DNA from: a virus
IMG/VR virus record: IMGVR_UViG_3300033153_009458
Coordinates: 64,001 to 128,000 of that record
Reading direction: 5' to 3' (one strand)
Length of the DNA: 64,000 nt
This document shows positions 27,998-38,543 of the stretch, piece after piece. A program made the position numbers and the translations under genes. Positions within the stretch are counted from its first letter, which is position 1; the number at the start of each line of letters is the position of its first letter. The notes below the pieces were generated by a model that saw only the letters and a list, made by a program, of their open reading frames with translations, had not been told where the DNA came from and ran no database searches.

Positions 27998-28938
27998 TGA
28001 AAGAATTCTCAATTTGGACGGAAAAATACAGACCACAAAGAATAGAGGATTTGATAGCTTCGGATGCGTTAACGAGTTTTTTACAACAATTAAAAATAGA
28101 TCAAAATTTGCCAAATTTATTATTTAGTGGATCGGCTGGTACAGGTAAAACAACAACAGCCAAGGTCATTATTAATGAACTGAATTTGACAAGAGCGTTT
28201 CGATTTTTAAATTGTTCAATGGACACATCAATTAATGATATCAGAAATAAAGTTAAAGGATTCGCTTCAACGTATTCTTTAGATGACAGTAACATTAAAG
28301 TATGTGTCCTTGATGAAGTTGACAGACTATCTCCACAGGCTATGGACTCTCTAAAGGGTTTTATTGAGGATACTTACAAGATATGTAGATTCATTTTTAT
28401 CACAAATCATCTATCCAAAATAATACCACCGTTGCTATCGAGATTGCAACATTTTTCTTTTGGTGATTCTATCGAAGACGCCCAAAAAATAAAAAAGAAA
28501 ATGCTTGCTCGATCATTTGATATACTGAAAGAAGAAGAAATAGAATTTGATTTAGAAGTAACATGGGATATTGTACAAGAACTTTATCCAGATTACAGAG
28601 CTGTTATTAACTCTTTACAAAAAGCATCAAAGGCTTTTGGTGAGATTGATGAACGTGCTATAAATATACTCGACAGCTCGAAAATAAATGAAGTAATAAA
28701 AGTTTTAAAAGATAGAAAATATTCTCATATGCGTGACCTTGCATCTCGACTAGATCCGAGTGGATTTTACGGTGCATTTTATGAACACATGGAATCGATT
28801 TTACAAGATTCATGTAAACCTGATATAATATATATACTAGCTAAAGGTTCTACGGATATGGGTGTAGCTGTCTATAAGGAAGTTGTACTATTCGAATCTT
28901 TATTAAGTTTAGCTAAAGCGGCAACATGGAAAACATAG
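27997..28938 (+). CDS. 44: Clamp loader AAA+ subunit (gp44-like)
   Basis: WTEKYRP, GSAGTGKTT, LDEVD, CRFIFITN, LLSR, YPDYR. Confidence 0.95.
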   Translation: MKEFSIWTEKYRPQRIEDLIASDALTSFLQQLKIDQNLPNLLFSGSAGTGKTTTAKVIINELNLTRAFRFLNCSMDTSINDIRNKVKGFASTYSLDDSNIKVCVLDEVDRLSPQAMDSLKGFIEDTYKICRFIFITNHLSKIIPPLLSRLQHFSFGDSIEDAQKIKKKMLARSFDILKEEEIEFDLEVTWDIVQELYPDYRAVINSLQKASKAFGEIDERAINILDSSKINEVIKVLKDRKYSHMRDLASRLDPSGFYGAFYEHMESILQDSCKPDIIYILAKGSTDMGVAVYKEVVLFESLLSLAKAATWKT

Positions 28939-29288
28939 AAGAAGATGCAAGGGATTTAACGCTTGTTGATGATATAACAGTTTGTACAGGTGAAAGAACA
29001 GATAAGCAATACTGCAATAAAAGCGGGTTGTTACTATCGATTTACAACAAAAAAATATTCGTGATGAAATTAGGTGATAATAAAATATCTATTTCTTTTT
29101 CGGTTTTGTTGAATCATCAAGAATGCTCAAAAATATTATTAAATTTAGTTAAAAAATATGACATAGAACCCGAAGAAGATTTTATGTATCACAATGAAGC
29201 GGGTCATGTTTTTGGATTAGAAAATATTATGTCTTACGCAAGAACGGTCAATAAAATGCATACATTAAAAAAATATGACATCAATTAA
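28926..29288 (+). CDS. Hypothetical protein inserted between 44 and 62
   Basis: 120-aa ORF overlapping both neighbours. Confidence 0.6.
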   Translation: MENIEEDARDLTLVDDITVCTGERTDKQYCNKSGLLLSIYNKKIFVMKLGDNKISISFSVLLNHQECSKILLNLVKKYDIEPEEDFMYHNEAGHVFGLENIMSYARTVNKMHTLKKYDIN

Positions 29289-29661
29289 AAAGTCACCGTT
29301 TGATTTTGTTAAGTCGATCAATAATAAAGAATACATCGAAGATATAAAAGGTTTTTCCCCTTATATTGTGACTAATGCTTTGAGTGCTAATAAATTGAAT
29401 GTCTTAGCAATCAACGCAATTAACAACATTGGTGCTGGTAAACTATCAGATCGGGCTATCTATGATTATTATTATCATTTAGTCCGTCAAACAGATAAGT
29501 ATTACCCGTATCCGAAATCTGTAAAAGATTCAAAAAATTTAGAATACATAATGAAGTATTTTCAACTGAACGAGCAAACCGCAAAGAGTTATCTAGAACT
29601 ACTGGAGACAGAAGAAATTGAAGAAATTCGATCTTTTTATGAAGACCACGGCGTAAAATGA
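29275..29661 (+). CDS. 62: Clamp loader small subunit (gp62-like)
   Basis: SPFDFVKSIN, FSPYIVTNALS, YDYYYH, IMKYF...AKSYLELL. Confidence 0.85.
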   Translation: MTSIKKSPFDFVKSINNKEYIEDIKGFSPYIVTNALSANKLNVLAINAINNIGAGKLSDRAIYDYYYHLVRQTDKYYPYPKSVKDSKNLEYIMKYFQLNEQTAKSYLELLETEEIEEIRSFYEDHGVK

Positions 29662-30700
29662 AAAGACTAAGAACAAAGAAAATGCACAAAAATACAAACA
29701 AGAATGAATACAGAGGTACAATTCTCAAAGCACTTTTTAAAAAACATAATACAGAATTTGATATGAAAAATAATCCTTTGTATTTTAGTGAATATTCAAA
29801 ACCACTCGGTGTTATCCGGGTACAGCCGCTCGAAGATCGGGCATGAACAAATACAAAAGAACTAAAAAATTAGTTAAAAAATTATCAAAAACAATTAAAC
29901 CAGATTGGATGAAGGAAATGATAGAGATGAGTAACAGAAATTGGAAATTGCATCGTGATGGTATAAAAGAAACAGTCGATGAAATGCTCAAAGATAACGA
30001 GTTTTTTTTTAATTCTGAAGATGATAATAAATTAAAGGAAAAAAATGAAACTAGCAACGATTAGAGTACAATGGGATAATAATGATCTTGGACCATATTG
30101 GTTCAATGAAGATACTTTAAAAACGTGTTTATTCAGTACAACATATACTGATCCAGATTTATTACATATCGTCGAATACAAAGAAGAAGAAAGTGAAATA
30201 AACGAATTTGAAGGAATCAAAACAGGTGAAAAATATATTCTTGGAATTTCTCAAACAGGATTAAGATTTCAACAAATTGATTTATTGTACCGGTTGAAGG
30301 AATACAATGGAGAAATAGGTTATGTAGTAGAATACTCAGGTAAACAATGGTTATCTTTTGGTAATAGTGCTTTTGAATTATCAGAAATACCAAGTATTTG
30401 GTTATTCGCAACGGATTTAAAATAATGAAATTCAGAAATTATTTGTTTTTCAAAAATTGGACTATCTTTAAACACGAATGGAACACCGTTGTTACGGATA
30501 TTGATATTTACAGTGATGAAGATGGAGAACAAAAAACTTATTCAGCCGAACACGATTATTTTGCTTTGTATTTTCATATGTGGCCAAGGATTAATTGGAA
30601 AAGATTAAAATATGATGGATGTTATTACAGAATAATTTCTTTTTTATTTTTTAGCATTTCTTTTGGTCAGCAAGGTAGTTGGTACGCAGTAGAAAATTAA
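29658..30700 (+). CDS. Four small hypothetical ORFs (29658-29846, 29843-30064, 30045-30425, about 30425-30700)
   Basis: Coupled ORFs on the operon strand; no recognised motifs. Confidence 0.55.
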
Positions 30701-30761
30701 TTTCATTCGTTCATAAATAAAATAGAATTAAACTAACTATTAATATGAACCAAGGAATTAT

Positions 30762-31016
30762 ATGAAATCAGTATGGACTGAATTTTTACAACAAAAGAAG
30801 GATTCTGGAGAACGTTGTAAAATTTACTTAAATGAAAAGTCTACAATCTTCCAATACGACAATTCTGGAAACGTAGAACAAGTGAAATTAAACAATATTA
30901 TGCTATCAGGTGTAATAGACAATTTCGACGAAAGTACGGTTCGACTCAAGAACCGAGAATGCCTTATTGAAAGACCAAACATCATGACAATAAAAAGTGA
31001 CAATGGTGGTGGATGA
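30762..31016 (+). CDS. Hfq/Sm-like RNA-binding protein
   Basis: EFLQQKK..ERCKIYLN..MLSGVIDNFDESTVRLKN..LIERPNIMTI aligns by eye with Hfq Sm1/Sm2; AAGGA SD; CATAAATA upstream. Confidence 0.6.
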   Translation: MKSVWTEFLQQKKDSGERCKIYLNEKSTIFQYDNSGNVEQVKLNNIMLSGVIDNFDESTVRLKNRECLIERPNIMTIKSDNGGG

Positions 31017-31510
31017 AAGAGTTAAGGCAGATCGAAAGCAAAGAACTCACCAAAATTCGTGGAGCAATTTTAGACGCACAGGGCTATAAATGTGCTATTT
31101 GCGGTCGTCCATTAAATATAGAAATTGCTAACGTTGATCATCAACACAAAACAAAAGCTGAAAAATTAGGTGTCAATGGTGCCGGGTTAATACGCGGTGT
31201 TTTGTGCCGAGCTTGTAATGTTTTCGAAGGGAAAATTTGGAATAATTCAAAGAGGTACAGCGCATACGATAATTTGGTTCAGTGGTTACACGCACTTGCT
31301 AATTATCTAAATGATGAGCCGTACCCGTGGATTCATCCAAATGAAAAACCAAGACCGCCGGACGTTTCAAAGAGAAATTACAATAAATTAGCTAAACTTT
31401 ACGCTGAAACTAAAAGAAGAAAAAAGTTTCCCGGATACCCGAAGTACAAAAAACTGACTAAGGATCTCGAAAAACTTTTTTATGAATTTGAAATTGAACC
31501 GTATAATTAA
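31013..31510 (+). CDS. 49: Recombination endonuclease VII (gp49-like)
   Basis: QGYKCAICG, VDHQH, IRGVLCRACNVFEGKI, YL...IHP. Confidence 0.85.
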   Translation: MKELRQIESKELTKIRGAILDAQGYKCAICGRPLNIEIANVDHQHKTKAEKLGVNGAGLIRGVLCRACNVFEGKIWNNSKRYSAYDNLVQWLHALANYLNDEPYPWIHPNEKPRPPDVSKRNYNKLAKLYAETKRRKKFPGYPKYKKLTKDLEKLFYEFEIEPYN

Positions 31511-31522
31511 TGAATTTTGTTG

Positions 31523-34500
31523 TTATGGTCGTTCTTCACCGATTGCTTCATATAAATCGTCTAGCACCATTTCATAGGTTTCGGCCATAGCCATATAATG
31601 ACCGGCTATATTATTTACAGCATTTTTAGCCGATTCATTCGCCCATGCAAGTTCTTTTTCCCATTTTTCAATGAGTTCTATGATTTTAGCTTCCATGTTG
31701 TTTCCTCTTTTAGCCAGTTTTACTTTTTCAGCCGAATCGTCATTAAACACTGGATCATCATTGAGCATTTCTGAAACTTTTGCCCAATCTTTTGGCGTTT
31801 TGTATGTATCGGTCATTTAGTCTCCTTTTGGATCACAGATTGCTTTAACAAAATCGGCTTTTTCACCATTGATGTAAAAAAACGTGTCTACGTACGGCCA
31901 GCAATTCGGATTATCGTCAAGTGCTTTTTTGAAAACACCAGAGATGCCTTTGCGAGTGTTTGTACCTTCAATCGTTTTACCTTTCAAAACAATTTTGTAT
32001 TTGCACAAACCGGTGGGGCGTGGAGTTTCAACATTCGGGCAAAAACTGAATTTTCCGAGAGTAGCCATTTGTCTCCTTATGTAGTTGTGAAAAAATGCAA
32101 GTAATAACCTTCTGTCACACTACACAAATGAAATGTCATTCTATCAACAAACTCTTCAAAGTCCACATCACGTGGAATCAAAATTTCAGAAATGAAATGA
32201 CCACTTTTGCAAGGTTTTAAATACACATCAGAACCTTCTTCAAAAAGTCTTTTTGCCTTTCTTTTGTTAATTTTTAGCATTTCGTGTCCTTTGAAGGAGT
32301 TTTTTAACTCATTACAATTATAATATGCTCCTTCAAAACAACTATGTCAAGGAAAAAACGTAATTATTTTTCACTTGTCCATCTTTTTTCATTTTCGGCG
32401 TATTCTTCAAACAGCCGGGTTACATCGTAGAAAGTTTGTTTTTCAACGACTAATAGAATTTGACCTTTTTCCAGTCCATCTAATTCTACATCAGGTTCAA
32501 AATGATGCGTATTTTTGAAGTCCAGCCAAGCATCATAATCGAATGTATATGGTATCGCTTCGGACCAAGGTAAGTCTTGAAGATCATCTTCGGCAATCAA
32601 TTTATCAGTTTCAGAAATTTGTACGTACACAACATCTTCAGAACATTCAAAACCAGTGTCATCAACTGTAATTAAATAAGCTTTTGCCATTTTGTTTCCT
32701 ACGTGTAATAACCAGTTAACAAATTTCTGAATGTAAACATGTTATCATTCAGTTCACGAACAACGTCTGAAAGTTCATCTTCAACAGATTCATAGCCGTT
32801 TGTTTTACCGAGTTTTAGTTGAACTAATAAACTATTAGCCAATTTTTCCATCATATCGGCACGTAAAATAACGTCCGGGTGTCCGTTCAGTTCAGAAACT
32901 CTTTTTCCTTTTTCTTCCGGGGTTACTAAACAACCATGCATTCGCATCAATGATTTTAACTCATCAACGATTTCCTGTTCAGTTACATCGTCTTTAAGGT
33001 CATCATAATTACTGCAAAAACTAGCATCGAATATATCACAAATTGTTCCAAACGACAGTGCATCAAGTTCTTCTTCTGTGTATAAATCTACTGGCATTTT
33101 GTCTCCTTTGGGGACCATAGACCTTCGTTAAAACGTTTACGTGATGGTACAAACACCGGGAACCAAACAGGCCCGGTCTTACTGTAATGAACTTCGCATT
33201 TATTCCAATGGGTTTCGAACGTTCCATCTTCGTGAATTGTATACGCCATTTTAAATTCGTAGTACGTGTCGTGATTCAATGCGATGTGCTGTGCTAACCG
33301 AGTTTCACCGGGATGTGGATTCATGATATACAAATTATGTTCTTTTTTCATAAATCGAATGAACTTACCGGGTGTCATTTATCCTCTTAACTCGTGTTTG
33401 CATTTAGGACAAAAAATGTATTTTCCAAGTCTACTATCATAATATTCTATTGGTGTGTTTATAGCTGTCAATTCAATATGATCACCGGGTTTTTCATCTA
33501 CTTCTTTTCCGCATTTGTCACAGGTCATTTTTTTCCTTAATGAGAGATTCCGGCAACGTAATCACCGTCATTGTGATATTTCATGTGATTCACATAGCCT
33601 TTCGAGTTTTTTCCTTTGATAAGAACATCAGGATTTTTACGACCAATTAACTTCTTAATGCGTTTACCTCTAGCTAAGAATTCTTTTGTTGCTTTTTCGA
33701 TGTCTATTTCATCTACTGTGGCCATTCTTGTTCTAAGAACTTCTGGAAGTTCTTTTACACCAGCACCGTCTTCCGGTTTATTTTCAGAGAAAAGTTTAGT
33801 CATTGTGTCTCCTTAAAGGGTTTGAAGAAATTTCTGACTCATTACAATTTAATACTACGGGTATAAAATCACTCTGTCAAGAAGAATCTTTTTAGTCTCT
33901 TTAAATTTTTGAATATATTTTGATTTTATCATTTGGTAGCATCCAATGAAAAACACTTTCATTGTGTGTTACACCCCACAATTTTGCATCTTTACAATGT
34001 TCAGTAATATCACTTTTGTCTTTTGTGATGATCAGCCACCAATCACGACCGTCATCAAAACAATCTTTGTATTCTATGACATCCAGAGCTTTGACAATTT
34101 TTGTGTATTCTATTTCAACGTAACAATCAAAAATGTTTTTACTCATTGAGTCTCCTAGAGTTTAGCCGCTTTACTCATTAATCGGTAAAGCCCGATTGAA
34201 GTAAGATCAGGATCAGGATCATACAATAGTTCTTCAATGACATTCAACAAACCAGCTTCTACACATTCACTATGCCTAGAACCGTGTTTGATTAAATGTT
34301 TTATCGCTTCGAGAAGTTCTTTTTCTTTACGAGATCTGGACATTTTGTGTCTCCTAGTTCAAATTTGAAAGAGTGCTGTGCTCAACCAGTTCGTTAATTC
34401 TGTCACTTTCTATCATATGTCTTATGTGCCGCCTAGCATCAGCGGACCAAGCGAAGTTTGAAGTATCGTAATCGTAATACTTACCACCCCACTTAAATGA

Positions 34501-34659
34501 AAAATTTCCGTGGCATTTAACACCACAATCATAAAAAGAACCATAATATCTGACAAACTCGATTTCACCGATTTCAACTTCATTCAGAAAAACTTTTTTG
34601 CCTTTTATCTTTACTTTGTTTTCCATTTGTTTCCTTTCGAAGGGGTTTTTTCTTATCAA
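31523..34659 (-). CDS. Cluster of small early hypothetical genes (31523, 31817, 32077, 32364, 32699, 33088, 33379-33528 zinc ribbon, 33537, 33901, 34155, 34354)
   Basis: Short ORFs with GGAG/AGGA SDs downstream of repeated sigma70 promoters. Confidence 0.7.
32322..32350 (-). promoter_or_regulatory. Early promoter cassette
   Basis: TTGACA-17-CATATT. Confidence 0.75.
33852..33880 (-). promoter_or_regulatory. Early promoter cassette
   Basis: TTGACA-17-TAGTAT. Confidence 0.7.
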
Positions 34660-34669
34660 TTACACTTTT

Positions 34670-34698
34670 AATATGCGCCTTCAAAACAACTATGTCAA
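34670..34698 (-). promoter_or_regulatory. Early promoter cassette
   Basis: TTGACA-17-CATATT, near-identical to the 32322 and 37922 copies. Confidence 0.75.
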
Positions 34699-34718
34699 GA
34701 AAAAAACGTAATTATTTT

Positions 34719-35090
34719 TTAATCTAAATATGCTGGATTTTTAATTGTTTGCCATTTAGGTTTCTTTTTAAAGTATCGGTGTTGTTTTATTTTATTTTTT
34801 GATTTAGTTTTGATGTAAACAGGATACTTACGTGTTTTGGGATATGGATTACCAAGCAATACAAAATTTTTAGAATTACTAATTAAAATAAAATCAGTGC
34901 AAATTGTTCTACATAATCCTTCTAAACTTTTCCAAGCTGAGTAATCAAATTTTTGATTATATTTTTCAAATAATAATTTATGAGCATTAGCGTGATCTTT
35001 GATTGATAAAAATTTTAGGTTTGACTTATCATCAGTTCCACCCATATGTTTAGGGACTATATGATGTACGTGATAAGTAGTGTTATGCAT
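34719..35090 (-). mobile_element. Short HNH endonuclease, possibly degenerate
   Basis: HVHHIVPKHMGGTDDKSNL..LS..DHANAH; late promoter TATAAATA at 35155-35162. Confidence 0.75.
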
Positions 35091-35291
35091 GACTGTTCTC
35101 CTTAATAGAATAGTTGTGTTCGAAGACAGCGTTTTACATGAACGTTGTCTTTTTTATTTATAGTTTTGGTATAAAAATTGAATGTATTAATATAAACAGC
35201 TTTGAATAATGAAAAATGCTGTTTTATGGTACATGTTTGGCCTATTTTGGTTATAAAAATTGATTTAAATTAATTCAGTGTGCCATATTTG

Positions 35292-35346
35292 CACTCGCCT
35301 AATTTAGGGAGTGAACTAATCTTGCTTAATATAAGGAGAAGCAATG
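35292..35346 (+). ncRNA. ROSE-like RNA thermometer in the hsp20 leader
   Basis: Upstream hairpin plus CUUGCUU pairing with SD AAGGAG leaving a bulged G. Confidence 0.6.
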
Positions 35347-35766
35347 AAACGTAATATTTTATACCCGTACGTAATCGACAACGCTTTGAGTAGATTTTTC
35401 AAAGAGTTTGAACCTTTCATTAATACAGTTGACAGGATGACAAAATACCCACCGTACAACATCGTGCGAGTAGATGACGATAATTATACTCTTGAAATGG
35501 CTGTAGCCGGATTCGAGAAGGATGAAATTGACATCACTTGGAAGAAAGATACCCACGAACTTTGGGTTGAAGGTAAGAAGAAAGACGATGAAAAAGAACC
35601 TGAGTATATACACCGTGGGATCGCTGGAAGGGGGTTTAAAACGAAACTTCCAATCGCTAAAGACATCGAGCCTAGAGAAACCAAATTCGAAAATGGGATG
35701 CTTACAATGCGTTTTAAGCGTGTAATTCCAGAAGATAAACAGTCCGTAAAGATCAAAATTGACTAA
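35344..35766 (+). CDS. Small heat-shock protein Hsp20 (IbpA-like)
   Basis: YPPYNIVR, LEMAVAGF, YIHRGIAGRGF, FENGML, C-terminal IKI. Confidence 0.95.
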   Translation: MKRNILYPYVIDNALSRFFKEFEPFINTVDRMTKYPPYNIVRVDDDNYTLEMAVAGFEKDEIDITWKKDTHELWVEGKKKDDEKEPEYIHRGIAGRGFKTKLPIAKDIEPRETKFENGMLTMRFKRVIPEDKQSVKIKID

Positions 35767-35833
35767 CCATTTTGACCTGTGTATAAAGCACGAATACGTC
35801 AAATGGCTTATACACAGGCCAAACGATTTTTTC

Positions 35834-35862
35834 TTGACAGAGTTATTCAATAAGTTCATATT
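35834..35862 (+). promoter_or_regulatory. Early promoter cassette
   Basis: TTGACA-17-CATATT; ATG only 6 nt downstream, so likely a leaderless mRNA. Confidence 0.7.
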
Positions 35863-35868
35863 GTAAAT

Positions 35869-36162
35869 ATGGAAAAATATTATTATTTTTTTTATGGAAT
35901 TGATTCTGGTCCGAGTGCTGGTGTATGGATGAATAAATTTGAAAACACTGATAAAGGATCTTCATACTACCTTTGGCAAAAACCCGCTGAAGATTGTTCT
36001 GATGATGATTTAATTGATTGTTTTAGGTATATTAAAAATCAAAGTAATTATAATGCCCAATGGAAACAAATACACGGAAAAACTCATTTCGAACACTGCA
36101 AAGAAATCCTACCTGAAAGTAAAAAATACATTATACATATTCTTGAATTTATAGACTTATAA
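35869..36162 (+). CDS. Early hypothetical protein
   Basis: 97 aa, ends ILEFIDL. Confidence 0.7.
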   Translation: MEKYYYFFYGIDSGPSAGVWMNKFENTDKGSSYYLWQKPAEDCSDDDLIDCFRYIKNQSNYNAQWKQIHGKTHFEHCKEILPESKKYIIHILEFIDL

Positions 36163-36178
36163 TAATTACATTTTTTCC

Positions 36179-36207
36179 TTGACAGAGTGATTTTAAAGGC
36201 ACATATT
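36179..36207 (+). promoter_or_regulatory. Early promoter cassette
   Basis: TTGACA-17-CATATT. Confidence 0.75.
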
Positions 36208-36249
36208 AAAGGTGTACTCAGTTGATAAAACCTTTCAAAAGGAAACAAA

Positions 36250-36701
36250 ATGATCAAATACAAAGGATATGGCATTTACCGGAATTCAAAAACAGTGTGG
36301 AAACACAATAAAATATCCGGGCATAGTTGGCCTGAAAGTATTCCTTTGAAATCTTTTTATATTTCTGGATCTGGTGCCAGTGTAAATGATAGATTCATGA
36401 AAGTCGAAAAAGCCAAAGAGCACATTGATTATATTATTAAATTTAAACTTTTTAATAAGGAATCAGTATGAACAACATGACAACTAAAAACGGATACATC
36501 GTACGAAAAAATCACCTAGAAGGTGATGCAATTTGTCTGAATTGTAAATCCTGTTATGTTGTCAATGGCCTTTTTCTTTGTGGTCGAAACTCTGGTTCAG
36601 TGTCATTAATTGGATGTTGTAGTAAATTTGAACCTATTGACGTAAGCACAATGATTGATCGTATCAATAGTCTTGATGGAAAATGGAACGAAGATAACTA
36701 A
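36250..36701 (+). CDS. Two small early proteins (36250-36471; 36468-36701 Cys-rich)
   Basis: SD-preceded coupled ORFs. Confidence 0.65.
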
Positions 36702-36711
36702 AAGGATAAAA

Positions 36712-36987
36712 ATGGCAACAGATATAGTTACGATGCAGATGTGTTCTGATTTAGAACATTACAAAAATTTCGAAATCAACGGTCATTCAATTTTTTACGA
36801 TGGTCATGAAAATCACTTCAAATGTGATTGTACAGGATTTAAATTCAGAAAACATTGTAAACATATAATCGAAGTTATGAATACTATGTGTTCTTGGCAC
36901 GAGCAGTATTCAGATGCGCCGATTGTAACAGACGGTGTTTGTCCGAAATGCGGTAAAGAAACTATTTATGTCCGAGTTGCTGTTTAA
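36712..36987 (+). CDS. SWIM zinc-finger protein
   Basis: CDCTGFKFRKHCKH plus CPKCG; AAGGA SD before MATDIV. Confidence 0.75.
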   Translation: MATDIVTMQMCSDLEHYKNFEINGHSIFYDGHENHFKCDCTGFKFRKHCKHIIEVMNTMCSWHEQYSDAPIVTDGVCPKCGKETIYVRVAV

Positions 36988-37010
36988 CCAAAAGGGGCTG
37001 GCTTTTTTTC

Positions 37011-37039
37011 TTGACAGAATGATCTTAAAGGAACATATT
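37011..37039 (+). promoter_or_regulatory. Early promoter cassette
   Basis: TTGACA-17-CATATT. Confidence 0.75.
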
Positions 37040-37082
37040 AAAGGTGTAGTCAATTGATAAAACCCTTCCAACTGGAGACAAA

Positions 37083-37903
37083 ATGGTAAATTTTTTATAT
37101 TTGTTTAGAGAAGAACACACTTATTCTGATGATGATCCGAGATATTATGTTCGATCAGAAAAAAGATTTCGTGAAATTACACCAGAAATTTATGATGGTT
37201 TTTTAGATCGAATTTCTGAAAATGAATCTAAAATGGTTATCAGAGACGATGATGCTGGTTATAATACAGTAACAACGTTTTTTGAAGATTTTCATTTTTT
37301 ACCATTAGAGTGTTTAATTGACATCATGAAAATATATCATGAAGATTACCATAATTCTTTTTCTCTTATTAAAAAAACCTTATTTAAATAAAAGGAAAAA
37401 TGTGGATTAAAATCTGTGATCATTGTCAGAAACCATTCATTGATGGTGGATGGTTTCTGAATCTCAATAATGACAAAAAAAATCCGCTTAAATACGACAT
37501 GCATTTTCACAATGATTGTTTTTTGCTTTCTGATAAGGTGCCGAACGATCAGAAAATTGCAGCTGTTAAAGAGCATCCAGAAAGATACACAAATTTAAAT
37601 AAACTCACAGCCCCGTACGAATTAATGGATTTATAGGAGAAAAAAATGCCATCTAACAACGAAATAGATTATACAGATAAACACGCTTTTATGGATATTT
37701 TGGATTATGAATTTAATAGTTTTTTAGAAAGATATAAAAATTATGGTGGCGAATTTATATCCAAAGAAGAAATGAGAGGTATTTGTCATGGTTTATATTT
37801 AGCAAAAAAAGATTTCAAGAGTTTCTTTTATGAAATCAAAGATAAAAAACCGTACAAGAAAAGGCATCCGAGATCCTTTCATATCCCGTGGATAAAAAAT
37901 TAA
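37083..37903 (+). CDS. Three early hypothetical proteins (37083-37391, 37400-37636, 37646-37903)
   Basis: SD-preceded ORFs; 37400 has CDHC/HNDC and ends APYELMDL. Confidence 0.7.
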
Positions 37904-37921
37904 AATAATTTCATTTTTTTG

Positions 37922-37950
37922 TTGACATAGTTGTTTTGAAGGCGCATATT
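37922..37950 (+). promoter_or_regulatory. Early promoter cassette
   Basis: TTGACA-17-CATATT. Confidence 0.75.
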
Positions 37951-38003
37951 ATAGGTGTATTGAGTGAGAAAACTCTTTCAAAAACCCTTGATTAGGAGAC
38001 ATC

Positions 38004-38531
38004 ATGGATGACATGTATAAAAGATACTACGGCGACAAATACGACACTTCATTAGGAATCAAAGATATTGCCAAATTGGTTCGTGCTGACATCAAAACCG
38101 CTGTTAAAGAAAAGCGGATCGTCGATGGTAAATACTCTGTCAGGATTGAGCGGTATTCTGGTGGTTGCGCCTTACATGTGTATCTCAAAAATTGTAAAGT
38201 CAACATGCTGAATGTTTGGGCTGTAAAATTCAGCGAAGAAAGTCCTTATGTGAATTCAGGTCGAATGCCGAAAGAACACCCGGCTTACGGACGTTATACC
38301 CCTTTTGTTACTAAGACTTTTGAAGAACTGAAAGACATCTGTGATGCGTACAATCACGATGGTAGTAACTCCATGATTGATTATTTCGACGTTAACTTTT
38401 ATGCACACATCGGTATCTGGTGGGAAGACGAATCCGCCGAAAGAGATATGCTGATAGAAAAATCCAAGACTTTAGAATGGCCGAAAGCTTGGAAAAATTA
38501 CTTCGAAATTGAAGATTTCAGAAACCTGTAA
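38004..38531 (+). CDS. Early protein, LPD29-like (large polyvalent protein-associated domain)
   Basis: KDIAKLVRADIK..KYSVRI..YSGG; AYNHDGSNSMIDYFDVNFY; family assignment from memory of the motif. Confidence 0.55.
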   Translation: MDDMYKRYYGDKYDTSLGIKDIAKLVRADIKTAVKEKRIVDGKYSVRIERYSGGCALHVYLKNCKVNMLNVWAVKFSEESPYVNSGRMPKEHPAYGRYTPFVTKTFEELKDICDAYNHDGSNSMIDYFDVNFYAHIGIWWEDESAERDMLIEKSKTLEWPKAWKNYFEIEDFRNL

Positions 38532-38543
38532 TCGGTTAAAACT

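Noticed and set aside
35164-35264. sigma54-like TGGTAT-N5-TTGA repeats upstream of hsp20
   Set aside because: The -12 element lacks GC, the second copy has wrong spacing, and AT-rich context makes chance matches likely
32281-38003. CRISPR array or integron attC sites
   Set aside because: Repeats are promoter-shaped, imperfect and separated by whole genes; no cas or integrase gene and no attC palindromes
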